From NCBI RefSeq assembly GCF_009914755.1, contig NC_060939.1: a DNA stretch of 64,000 nt, one strand, 5' to 3'. The position numbers and the translations under genes are program-made. This DNA comes from the human T2T-CHM13v2.0 reference genome, Homo sapiens. The notes below the pieces were generated by a model that searched no databases, had not been told where the DNA came from, and worked only from the letters and a program-made list of their open reading frames with translations. Positions 42,901 to 57,200 of this stretch are shown in pieces (position 1 is the first letter of the stretch; each line of letters begins with the position of its first letter).

Positions 42901-45900
42901 CGTTCGATTTCATTTTCTTCCAGTCTATTCTTTCGCGTCCATTCCATTCTATTTCACTCCATTCGATTCCATTCCACTCGATTCCACTTCGTTCCATTTC
43001 ATTGCATTCCATTCTATTCAACTCTATTGCCTTCCATTCCATTCCATTCGATTACATTTCTTGCGATTCCATTCGAAATCAAATCAATTACATTGCAATC
43101 CATTACTATTGAGTCCGTTTTATTCCAGTCCACTGCATTCTGGTCCATTCCATTTGATTCCATTCCATTCTATTCCATTCCATACAGTTGCATTCCATTG
43201 GATTCCATGCTATATCTATAAATTCAATTCGAGACCATTGCTTTTGAGTCCATTCTATATGATTCCATTCCATTCAAGTCCATTACATTTGGTTAAATTC
43301 CATTCCATTCGGTTCAATTCCATTCCATTCCATTCCCTTCCATTCCATTCCAGTTGATATCAATCCATTCGATTCCATTCCATTCGAGTACATTCCATTC
43401 GAGTCCATTCCATTCGATGCCATTCCATTTGATTCTATTCCATTAGTCTCCATTCAATTCCATTAATCTCCATTCCATTCCATTCTACTCCAACTGATTC
43501 CATTCCATTCTATTCCTTTCCATTCCATTTCATTCCATTCCATTCCATTCCATTCCATTCCATTCCATTCGTGTCCATTCCACTCCAGTCCATTCCATTC
43601 GTATCCATTCCATTCCAGTCCATTCCATTTGTGTCCACTGCATTCCATTCCACTCCATTCCATATTATTCCATTACACTCCATTCCATTCTATTACTTTC
43701 ATTTCCATTCAATTCCATTCCATTTGATTCCATTCCACTCGGTTTCATTCCATTTGAGTCCACTCCATTCCATTCCATTCCATTCAGTTCCATTCCATTC
43801 TGTTCCATTCCATTCCGTTCCATTACATTCCATTCCATTCGGTACCATTCCATATTGTTCCATTCGATTCCATTCGAATCCATTCCATTCCAGTCCATTC
43901 CATTCGATTCCATTCCATTCATTTCAATTCCATTCCATTCCATTCCATTACATTCCACTTGATTCCTCTCCATTCCCTTCCACTGCATTCCGTTCGATTC
44001 CATTCCATTGCATTGCATTCCATTCCATTGGATTGCATTCCATTCGATTCCATTCCATTCGAATCAATTACATAGCAATCCATTACATTCGAGTCTATTC
44101 TCTTCCGTTCCATTCGATTTCGTTCCAATCCATTCGATTCCATTCCATTCGATTCCATTCCATACTATTGCATTCCATTCGATTACATTATATTCGAATA
44201 AGTTCCATTCAAGACCATTTCTTTTGAGTCCATTCTATTTGAGTCCATTCCCTTTGATTCCATAACATTTGAGTCCATTCAATTCCATTCCTTTCGTTTC
44301 CATTCCATTTGATGCCATTCCATTCAATTCTGTTCTACTCGACTCCAATACATTCAATTCCATTCCATCCGATTCCATTACATTCTTTTCATTTCTTATC
44401 CATTTCAAGCCATTCCACTCCATTCCATTCCACTCGTTTCCTTTCCATTCGAGTCCATTCCTCTCCAGTCCATTCCGTTCAATCCATTCCATTCCAGTCC
44501 ATTCCATTCGAGTCCGTTCCATTCCAGTCCATTCCATTCGAGTCAATTCCATTCCATTCGATGTCTTTCCATAACGATCCATTCCATTCTATTCCTTTCG
44601 ATTCCATTCCATTCTATTTCATTCCATTCGATTCCCTTCCATTGGACTCCTTTCCATTCGAGTGCATTCCATTCCGTTCCATTTCTTTCCGTTCTGTACG
44701 ATTCCTACCGTTCGATTTCATTTTGTTCCAGTCCATTCTTTCGCGTCCATTCCATTCCATTTCACTCCATTCGATTCCATTCCACTCGATTCCACTTCGT
44801 TCCATTTCATTGCATTCCATTCTATTCAACTCTATTGCCTTCCATTCCATTCCATTCGATTACATTCCATGCGATTCCATTCGAAATCGAATCAATTACA
44901 TTGCAATCCATTACTATTGAGTCCGTTTTATTCCAGTCCACTGCATTCTGGTCCATTCCATTTGATTCCATTCCATTCTATTCCATTCCATACAGTTGCA
45001 TTCCATTGGATTCCATGCTATATCTATAAATTCAATTCGAGACCATTGCTTTTGAGTCCATTCTATATGATTCCATTCCATTCAAGTCCATTACATTTGG
45101 TTAAATTCCATTCCATTCGGTTCAATTCCATTCCATTCCATTCCCTTCCATTCCATTCCAGTTGATATCAATCCATTCGATTCCATTCCATTCGAGCACA
45201 TTCCATTCGAGTCCATTCCATTCGATGCCATTCCATTTGATTCTATTCCATTAGTCTCCATTCAATTCCATTAATCTCCATTCCATTCCATTCTACTCCA
45301 ACTGATTCCATTCCATTCTATTCCTTTTTATTCCATTTCATTCCATTCCATTCCATTCCATTCCATTCCATTCGTGTCCATTCCACTCCAGTCCATTCCA
45401 TTCGTATCCATTCCATTCCAGTCCATTCCATTTGTGTCCACTGCATTCCATTCCACTCCATTCCATATTATTCCATTACACTCCATTCCATTCTATTACT
45501 TTCATTTCCATTCAATTCCATTCCATTTGATTCCACTCCACTCGGTTTCATTCCATTTGAGGCCACTCCATTCCATTCCATTCCATTCAGTTCCATTCCA
45601 TTCTGTTCCATTCCATTCCGTTCCATTACATTCCATTCCATTCGGTACCATTCCATATTGTTCCATTCGATTCCATTCGAATCCATTCCATTCCAGTCCA
45701 TTCCATTCGATTCCAATCCATTCATTTCAATTCAATTCCATTCCATTCCATTACATTCCACTTGATTCCTCTCCATTCCCTTCCACTGCATTCCGTTCGA
45801 TTCCATTCCATTGCATTACATTCCATTCCATTGGATTGCATTCCATTCGATTCCATTCCATTCGAATCAATTACATAGCAATCCATTACATTCGAGTCTA

Positions 45901-48300
45901 TTCTCTTCCGTTCCATTCGATTTCGTTCCAATCCATTCGATTCCATTCCATTCGATTCCATTCCATACTATTGCATTCCATTCGATTACATTATATTCGA
46001 ATAAGTTCCATTCAAGACCATTTCTTTTGAGTCCATTCTATTTGAGTCCATTCCCTTTGATTCCATAACATTTGAGTCCATTCAATTCCATTCCTTTCGT
46101 TTCCATTCCATTTGATGCCATTCCATTCAATTCTGTTCTACTCGACTCCAATACATTCAATTCCATTCCATCCGATTCCATTACATTCTTTTCATTTCTT
46201 ATCCATTTCAAGCCATTCCACTCCATTCCATTCCACTCGTTTCCTTTCCATTCGAGTCCATTCCTCTCCAGTCCATTCCGTTCAATCCATTCCATTCCAG
46301 TCCATTCCATTCGAGTCCGTTCCATTCCAGTCCATTCCATTCGAGTCAATTCCATTCCATTCGATGTCTTTCCATAACGATCCATTCCATTCTATTCCTT
46401 TCGATTCCATTCCATTCTATTTCATTCCATTCGATTCCCTTCCATTGGACTCCTTTCCATTCGAGTGCATTCCATTCCGTTCCATTTCTTTCCGTTCTGT
46501 ACGATTCCTACCGTTCAATTTCATTTGGTTCCAGTCCATTCTTTCGCGTCCATTCCATTCCATTTCACTCCATTCGATTCCATTCCACTCGATTCCACTT
46601 CGTTCCATTTCATTGCATTCCATTCTATTCAACTCTATTGCCTTCCATTCCATTCCATTCGATTACATTCCATGCGATTCCATTCGAAATCGAATCAATT
46701 ACATTGCAATCCATTACTATTGAGTCCGTTTTATTCCAGTCCACTGCATTCTGGTCCATTCCATTTGATTCCATTCCATTCTATTCCATTCCATACTGTT
46801 GCATTCCATTGGATTCCATGCTATATCTATAAATTCAATTCGAGACCATTGCTTTTGAGTCCATTCTATATGATTCCATTCCATTCAAGTCCATTACATT
46901 TGGTTAAATTCCATTCCATTCGGTTCAATTCCATTCCATTCCATTCCCTTCCATTCCATTCCAGTTGATATCAATCCATTCGATTCCATTCCATTCGAGC
47001 ACATTCCATTCGAGTCCATTCCATTCGATGCCATTCCATTTGATTCTATTCCATTAGTCTCCATTCAATTCCATTAATCTCCATTCCATTCCATTCTACT
47101 CCAACTGATTCCATTCCATTCTATTCCTTTTTATTCCATTTCATTCCATTCCATTCCATTCCATTCCATTCCATTCGTGTCCATTCCACTCCAGTCCATT
47201 CCATTCGTATCCATTCCATTCCAGTCCATTCCATTTGTGTCCACTGCATTCCATTCCACTCCATTCCATATTATTCCATTACACTCCATTCCATTCTATT
47301 ACTTTCATTTCCATTCAATTCCATTCCATTTGGTTCCATTCCACTCGGTTTCATTCCATTTGAGTCCACTCCATTCCATTCCATTCCATTCAGTTCCATT
47401 CCATTCTGTTCCATTCCATTCCGTTCCATTACATTCCATTCCATTCGGTACCATTCCATATTGTTCCATTCGATTCCATTCGAATCCATTCCATTCCAGT
47501 CCATTCCATTCGATTCCATTCCATTCATTTCAATTCCATTCCATTCCATTCCATTACATTCCACTTGATTCCTCTCCATTCCCTTCCACTGCATTCCGTT
47601 CGATTCCATTCCATTGCATTGCATTCCATTCCATTGGATTGCATTCCATTCGATTCCATTCCATTCGAATCAATTACATAGCAATCCATTACATTCGAGT
47701 CTATTCTCTTCCGTTCCATTCGATTTCGTTCCAATCCATTCGATTCCATTCCATTCGATTCCATTCCATACTATTGCATTCCATTCGATTACATTATATT
47801 CGAATAAGTTCCATTCAAGACCATTTCTTTTGAGTCCATTCTATTTGAGTCCATTCCCTTTGATTCCATAACATTTGAGTCCATTCAATTCCATTCCTTT
47901 CGTTTCCATTCCATTTGATGCCATTCCATTCAATTCTGTTCTACTCGACTCCAATACATTCAATTCCATTCCATCCGATTCCATTACATTCTTTTCATTT
48001 CTTATCCATTTCAAGCCATTCCACTCCATTCCATTCCACTCGTTTCCTTTCCATTCGAGTCCATTCCTCTCCAGTCCATTCCGTTCAATCCATTCCATTC
48101 CAGTCCATTCCATTCGAGTCCGTTCCATTCCAGTCCATTCCATTCGAGTCAATTCCATTCCATTCGATGTCTTTCCATAACGATCCATTCCATTCTATTC
48201 CTTTCGATTCCATTCCATTCTATTTCATTCCATTCGATTCCCTTCCATTGGACTCCTTTCCATTCGAGTGCATTCCATTCCGTTCCATTTCTTTCCGTTC
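39930..48300 (+). repeat. Multi-unit block duplicated at +14,328 bp (copy 1)
   Basis: Landmarks 40019/40707/42461/44269/46072/47875 map to 54347/55035/56789/58597/60400/62203, all +14328, with shared rare variants. Ends are approximate. Confidence 0.85.
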
Positions 48301-51300
48301 TGTACGATTCCTACCGTTCGATTTCATTTTGTTCCAGTCCATTCCTTTCGCGTCCATTCCATTCCGTTTCACTCCATTCGATTCCATTCCACTCGATTCC
48401 ACTTCGTTCCATTTCATTGCATTCCATTCTATTCAACTCTATTGCCTTCCATTCCATTCCTTTCGATTACATTCCATGCGATTCCATTCGAAATCGAATC
48501 AATTACATTGCAATCCATTACTATTGAGTCCATTTTATTCCAGTCCACTGCATTCTGGTCCATTCCATTTGATTCCATTCCATTCTATTCCATTCCATAC
48601 AGTTGCATTCCATTGGATTCCATGCTATATCTATAAATTCAATTCGAGACCATTGCTTTTGAGTCCATTCTATATGATTCCATTCCATTCAAGTCCATTA
48701 CATTTGGTTCAATTCCATTCCATTCCACTCCCTTCCATTCCATTCCATTTGATATCAATCCATTCGATTCCATTCCATTCGAGCACATTCCATTCGAGTC
48801 CATTCCATTCGATGCCATTCCATTTGATTCTATACCATTAGTCTCCATTCAATTCCATTAATCTCCATTCCATTCCATTCTACTCCAACTGATTCCATTC
48901 CATTCTATTCCTTTCCATTCCATTTCATTCCATTCCATTCCATTTCATTCCATTCCATTCCATTCGTGTCCATTCCACTCCAGTCCATTCCATTCGTTTC
49001 CATTCCATTCCAGTCCATTCCATTTGTGTCCACTGCATTCCATTCCACTCCATTCCATATTATTCCATTACACTCCATTCCATTCTATTACTTTCATTTC
49101 CCTTCAATTCCATTCCATTTGATTCCATTCCACTCGGTTTCATTCCATTTGAGTCCACTCCATTCCATTCCATTCCATTCCATTCAGTTCCATTCCATTC
49201 TGTTCCATTCCATTCCGTTCCATTACATTCCATTCCATTCGGTACCATTCCATATTGTTCCATTCGATTCCATTCGAATCCATTCCATTCCAGTCCATTC
49301 CATTCGATTCCATTCCATTCATTTCAATTCCATTCCATTCCATTCCTTTACATTCCACTTGATTCCTCTCCATTCCCTTCCACTGCATTCCGTTCGATTC
49401 CATTCCATTGCATTGCATTCCATTCCATTGGATTGCATTCCATTCGATTCCATTCCATTCGAATCAATTACATAGCAATCCATTACATTCGAGTCTATTC
49501 TATTCCGTTCCATTCGATTTCGTTCCAATCCATTCGATTCCATTCCATTCGATTCCATTCCATACTATTACATTCCATTCGATTACATTATATTCGAATA
49601 AGTTCCACTCAAGACCATTGCTTTTGAGTCCATTCTATTTGAGTCCATTCCCTTTGATTCCATAACATTTGAGTCCATTCAATTCCATTCCTTTCGATTC
49701 CATTCCATTTGATGCCATTCCATTCAATTCTGTTCTACTCGACTCCAATACATTCAATTCCATTCCATCCGATTCCATTACATTCTTTTCATTTCTTATC
49801 CATTTCAAGCCATTCCACTCCATTCCATTCCACTCGTTTCCTTTCCATTCGAGTCCATTCCTCTCCAGTCCATTCCGTTCAATCCATTCCATTCCAGTCC
49901 ATTCCATTCGAGTCCGTTCCATTCCAGTCCATTCCATCCGAGTCAATTCCATCCCATTCGATGTCTTTCCATAACGATCCATTCCATTCTATTCCTTTCG
50001 ATTCCATTCCATTCTATTTCATTCCATTCCATTCCCTTCCATTGGACTCCTTTCCATTCGAGTGCATTCCATTCCGTTCCATTTCTTTCCGTTCTGTACG
50101 ATTCCTACCGTTCGATTTCATTTTGTTCCAGTCCATTCCTTTCGCGTCCATTCCATTCCATTTCACTCCATTCGATTCCATTCCACTCGATTCCACTTCG
50201 TTCCATTTCATTGCATTCCATTCTATTCAACTCTATTGCCTTCCATTCCATTCCATTCGATTACATTCCATGCGATTCCATTCGAAATCGAATCAATTAC
50301 ATTGCAATCCATTACTATTGAGTCCATTTTATTCCAGTCCACTGCATTCTGGTCCATTCCATTTGATTCCATTCCATTCTATTCCATTCCATAAAGTTGC
50401 ATTCCATTTGATTCCAATCTATATCTATAAATTCAATTCGAGACCATTGCTTTTGAGTCCATTCTATATGATTCCATTCCATTCAAGTCCATTACATTTG
50501 GTTCAATTCCATTCCATTCCATTCCCTTCCATTCCATTCCAGTTGATATCAATCCATTCGATTCCATTCCATTCGAGCACATTCCATTCGAGTCCATTCC
50601 ATTCGATGCCATTCCATTTGATTCTATTCCATTAGTCTCCATTCAATTCCATTAATCTCCATTCCATTCCATTCTACTCCAACTGATTCCATTCCATTCT
50701 ATTCCTTTTTATTCCATTTCATTCCATTCCATTCCATTCCATTCCATTCCATTCGTGTCCATTCCACTCCAGTCCATTCCATTCGTATCCATTCCATTCC
50801 AGTCCATTCCATTTGTGTCCACTGCATTCCATTCCACTCCATTCCATATTATTCCATTACACTCCATTCCATTCTATTACTTTCATTTCCATTCAATTCC
50901 ATTCCATTTGATTCCATTCCACTCGGTTTCATTCCATTTGAGTCCACTCCATTCCATTCCATTCCATTCAGTTCCATTCCATTCTGTTCCATTCCATTCC
51001 GTTCCATTACATTCCATTCCATTCGGTACCATTCCATATTGTTCCATTCGATTCCATTCGAATCCATTCCATTCCAGTCCATTCCATTCGATTCCATTCC
51101 ATTCATTTCAATTCCATTCCATTCCATTCCATTACATTCCACTTGATTCCTCTCCATTCCCTTCCACTGCATTCCGTTCGATTCCATTCCATTGCATTGC
51201 ATTCCATTCCATTGGATTGCATTCCATTCGATTCCATTCCATTCGAATCAATTACATAGCAATCCATTACATTCGAGTCTATTCTCTTCCGTTCCATTCG

Positions 51301-54257
51301 ATTTCGTTCCAATCCATTCGATTCCATTCCTTTCGATTCCATTCCATACTATTGCATTCCATTCGATTACATTATATTCGAATAAGTTCCATTCAAGACC
51401 ATTTCTTTTGAGTCCATTCTATTTGAGTCCATTCCCTTTGATTCCATAACATTTGAGTCCATTCAATTCCATTCCTTTCGTTTCCATTCCATTTGATGCC
51501 ATTCCATTCAATTCTGTTCTACTCGACTCCAATACATTCAATTCCATTCCATCCGATTCCATTACATTCTTTTCATTTCTTATCCATTTCAAGCCATTCC
51601 ACTCCATTCCATTCCACTCGTTTCCTTTCCATTCGAGTCCATTCCTCTCCAGTCCATTCCGTTCAATCCATTCCATTCCAGTCCATTCCATTCGAGTCCG
51701 TTCCATTCCAGTCCATTCCATTCGAGTCAATTCCATTCCATTCGATGTCTTTCCATAACGATCCATTCCATTCTATTCCTTTCGATTCCATTCCATTCTA
51801 TTTCATTCCATTCGATTCCCTTCCATTGGACTCCTTTCCATTCGAGTGCATTCCATTCCGTTCCATTTCTTTCCGTTCTGTACGATTCCTACCGTTCGAT
51901 TTCATTTTGTTCCAGTCCATTCTTTCGCGTCCATTCCATTCCATTTCACTCCATTCGATTCCATTCCACTCGATTCCACTTCGTTCCATTTCATTGCATT
52001 CCATTCTATTCAACTCTATTGCCTTCCATTCCATTCCATTCGATTACATTCCATGCGATTCCATTCGAAATCGAATCAATTACATTGCAATCCATTACTA
52101 TTGAGTCCGTTTTATTCCAGTCCACTGCATTCTGGTCCATTCCATTTGATTCCATTCCATTCTATTCCATTCCATACAGTTGCATTCCATTGGATTCCAT
52201 GCTATATCTATAAATTCAATTCGAGACCATTGCTTTTGAGTCCATTCTATATGATTCCATTCCATTCAAGTCCATTACATTTGGTTAAATTCCATTCCAT
52301 TCGGTTCAACTCCATTCCATTCCATTCCCTTCCATTCCATTCCAGTTGATATCAATCCATTCGATTCCATTCCATTCGAGTCCATTCCATTCGATGCCAT
52401 TCCATTTGATTCTATTCCATTAGTCTCCATTCAATTCCATTAATCTCCATTCCATTCCATTCTACTCCAACTGATTCCATTCCATTCTATTCCTTTCCAT
52501 TCCATTTCATTCCATTCCATTCCATTCCATTCCATTCCATTCCATTCCATTCCATTCGTGTCCATTCCACTCCAGTCCATTCCATTCGTATCCATTCCAT
52601 TCCAGTCCATTCCATTTGTGTCCACTGCATTCCATTCCACTCCATTCTATATTATACCATTACACTCCATTCCATTCTATTACTTTCATTTCCATTCAAT
52701 TCCATTCCATTTGATTCCATTCCACTCGGTTTCATTCCATTTGAGTCCACTCCATTCCATTCCATTCCATTCAGTTCCATTCCATTCTGTTCCATTCCAT
52801 TCCGTTCCATTACATTCCATTCCATTCGGTACCATTCCATATTGTTCCATTCGATTCCATTCGAATCCATTCCATTCCAGTCCATTCCATTCGATTCCAT
52901 TCCATTCATTTCAATTCCATTCCATTCCATTCCATTCCATTCCACTTGATTCCTCTCCATTCCCTTCCACTGCATTCCGTTCGATTCCATTCCATTGCAT
53001 TGCATTCCATTCCATTGGATTGCATTCCATTCGATTCCATTCCATTCGAATCAATTACATAGCAATCCATTACATTCGAGTCTATTCTCTTCCGTTCCAT
53101 TCGATTTCGTTCCAATCCATTCGATTCCATTCCATTCGATTCCATTCCATACTATTGCATTCCATTCGATTACATTATATTCGAATAAGTTCCATTCAAG
53201 ACCATTTCTTTTGAGTCCATTCTATTTGAGTCCATTCCCTTTGATTCCATAACATTTGAGTCCATTCAATTCCATTCCTTTCGTTTCCATTCCATTTGAT
53301 GCCATTCCATTCAATTCTGTTCTACTCGACTCCAATACATTCAATTCCATTCCATCCGATTCCATTACATTCTTTTCATTTCTTATCCATTTCAAGCCAT
53401 TCCACTCCATTCCATTCCACTCGTTTCCTTTCCATTCGAGTCCATTCCTCTCCAGTCCATTCCGTTCAATCCATTCCATTCCAGTCCATTCCATTCGAGT
53501 CCGTTCCATTCCAGTCCATTCCATTCGAGTCAATTCCATCCCATTCGATGTCTTTCCATAACGATCCATTCCATTCTATTCCTTTCGATTCCATTCCATT
53601 CTATTTCATTCCATTCGATTCCCTTCCATTGGACTCCTTTCCATTCGAGTGCATTCCATTCCGTTCCATTTCTTTCCGTTCTGTACGATTCCTACCGTTC
53701 GATTTCATTTTGTTCCAGTCCATTCCTTTCGCGTCCATTCCATTCCATTTCACTCCATTCGATTCCATTCCACTCGATTCCACTTCGTTCCATTTCATTG
53801 CATTCCATTCTATTCAAATCTATTGCCTTCCATTCCATTCCATTCGATTACATTCCATGCGATTCCATTCGAAATCGAATCAATTACATTGCAATCCATT
53901 ACTATTGAGTCCATTTTATTCCAGTCCACTGCATTCTGGTCCATTCCATTTGATTCCATTCCATTCTATTCCATTCCATACAGTTGCATTCCATTGGATT
54001 CCAATCTATATCTATAAATTCAATTCGAGACCATTGCTTTTGAGTCCATTCTATATGATTCCATTCCATTCAAGTCCATTACATTTGGTTCAATTCCATT
54101 CCATTCCATTCCCTTCCATTCCATTCCAGTTGATATCAATCCATTCGATTCCATTCCATTCGAGCACATTCCATTCGAGTCCATTCCATTCGATGCCATT
54201 CCATTTGATTCTATTCCATTAGTCTCCATTCAATTCCATTAATCTCCATTCCATTCC

Positions 54258-57200
54258 ATTCTACTCCAACTGATTCCATTCCATTCTATTCCTTTCCATT
54301 CCATTTCATTCCATTCCATTCCATTTCATTCCATTCCATTCCATTCGTGTCCATTCCACTCCAGTCCATTCCATTCGTGTCCATTCCATTCCAGTCCATT
54401 CCATTTGTGTCCACTGCATTCCATTCCACTCCATTCCATATTATTCCATTACACTCCATTCCATTCTATTACTTTCATTTCCATTCAATTCCATTCCATT
54501 TGATTCCATTCCACTCGGTTTCATTACATTTGAGTCCACTCCATTCCATTCCATTAAATTCCATTCAGTTCCATTCCATTCCGTTCCATTACATTCCATT
54601 CCATTCGATACCATTCCATATTGTTCCATTCGATTCCATTCGAATCCATTCCATTCCAGTCCATTCCATTCGATTCCATTCCATTCATTTCAATTCCATT
54701 CCATTCCATTCCATTCCATTCCACTTGATTCCTCTCCATTCCCTTCCACTGCATTCCGTTCGATTCCATTCCATTGCATTGCATTCCATTCCATTGGATT
54801 GCATTCCATTCGATTCCTTTCCATTCGAATCAATTACATAGCAATCCATTACATTCGAGTCTATTCTATTCCGTTCCATTCGATTTCGTTCCAATCCATT
54901 GGATTCCATTCCATTCGATTCCATTCCATACTATTGCATTCCATTCGATTACATTATATTCGAATAAGTTCCATTCAAGACCATTTCTTTTGAGTCCATT
55001 CTATTTGAGTCCATTCCCTTTGATTCCATAACATTTGAGTCCATTCAATTCCATTCCTTTCGTTTCCATTCCATTTGATGCCATTCCATTCAATTCTGTT
55101 CTACTCGACTCCAATACATTCAATTCCATTCCATCCGATTCCATTACATTCTTTTCATTTCTTATCCATTTCAAGCCATTCCACTCCATTCCATTCCACT
55201 CGTTTCCTTTCCATTCGAGTCCATTCCTCTCCAGTCCATTCCGTTCAATCCATTCCATTCCAGTCCATTCCATTCGAGTCCGTTCCATTCCAGTCCATTC
55301 CATTCGAGTCAATTCCATCCCATTCGATGTCTTTCCATAACGATCCATTCCATTCTATTCCTTTCGATTCCATTCCATTCTATTTCATTCCATTCGATTC
55401 CCTTCCATTGGACTCCTTTCCATTCGAGTGCATTCCATTCCGTTCCATTTCTTTCCGTTCTGTACGATTCCTACCGTTCGATTTCATTTTGTTCCAGTCC
55501 ATTCCTTTCGCGTCCATTCCATTCCATTTCACTCCATTCGATTCCATTCCACTCGATTCCACTTCGTTCCATTTCATTGCATTCCATTCTATTCAACTCT
55601 ATTGTCTTCCATTCCATTCCATTCGATTACATTCCATGCGATTCCATTCGAAATCGAATCAATTACATTGCAATCCATTACTATTGAGTCCGTTTTATTC
55701 CAGTCCACTGCATTCTGGTCCATTCCATTTGATTCCATTCCATTCTATTCCATTCCATACAGTTGCATTCCATTGGATTCCATTGTATATCTATAAATTC
55801 AATTCGAGACCATTGCTTTTGAGTCCATTCTATATGATTCCATTCCATTCAAGTCCATTACATTTGGTTCAATTCCATTCCATTCCATTCCCTTCCATTC
55901 CATTCCAGTTGATATCAATCCATTCGATTCCATTCCATTCGAGCACATTCCATTCGAGTCCATTCCATTCGATGCCATTCCATTTGATTCTATTCCATTA
56001 GTCTCCATTCAATTCCATTAATCTCCATTCCATTCCATTCTACTCCAACTGATTCCATTCCATTCTATTCCTTTCCATTCCATTTCATTCCATTCCATTC
56101 CATTCCATTCCATTCGCTTCCATTCCATTCATGTCCATTGCATTCCAGTCCATTCCATTTGTGTCCACTGCATTCCATTCCACTCCATTCCATATTATTC
56201 CATTACACTCCATTCCATTCTATTACTTTCATTTCCATTGAATTCCATTCCATTTGATTCCATTCCACTCGGTTTCATTCCATTTGAGTCCACTCCACTC
56301 CATTCCATTCCATTCCATTCCATTCAGTTCCATTCCATTCTGTTCCATTCCATTCCGTTCCATTGCATTCCATTCCATTCGGTACCATTCCATATTGTTC
56401 CATTCGATTCCATTCGAATCCATTCCATTCCAGTCCATTCCATTCGATTCCATTCCATTCCTTTCAATTCTATTCCATTCCATTCCATTCCACTTGATTC
56501 CACTCCATTCCCTTCCACTGCATTCCATTGCATTGCATTCCATTCCATTGGACTGCATTCCATTCGATTCCATTCCATTCGAATCAATTACATAGCAATC
56601 CATTACATTCGAGTCTATTCTATTCCGTTCCATTCGATTTCGTTCCAATCCATTCGATTCCATTCCATTCGATTCCATTCCATACTATTGCATTCCATTC
56701 GATTACATTATATTCGAATAAGTTCCATTCAAGACCATTTCTTTTGAGTCCATTCTATTTGAGTCCATTCCCTTTGATTCCATAACATTTGAGTCCATTC
56801 AATTCCATTCCTTTCGTTTCCATTCCATTTGATGCCATTCCATTCAATTCTGTTCTACTCGACTCCAATACATTCAATTCCATTCCATCCGATTCCATTA
56901 CATTCTTTTCATTTCTTATCCATTTCAAGCCATTCCACTCCATTCCATTCCACTCGTTTCCTTTCCATTCGAGTCCATTCCTCTCCAGTCCATTCCGTTC
57001 AATCCATTCCATTCCAGTCCATTCCATTCGAGTCCGTTCCATTCCAGTCCATTCCATTCGAGTCAATTCCATCCCATTCGATGTCTTTCCATAACGATCC
57101 ATTCCATTCTATTCCTTTCGATTCCATTCCATTCTATTTCATTCCATTCGATTCCCTTCCATTGGACTCCTTTCCATTCGAGTGCATTCCATTCCGTTCC

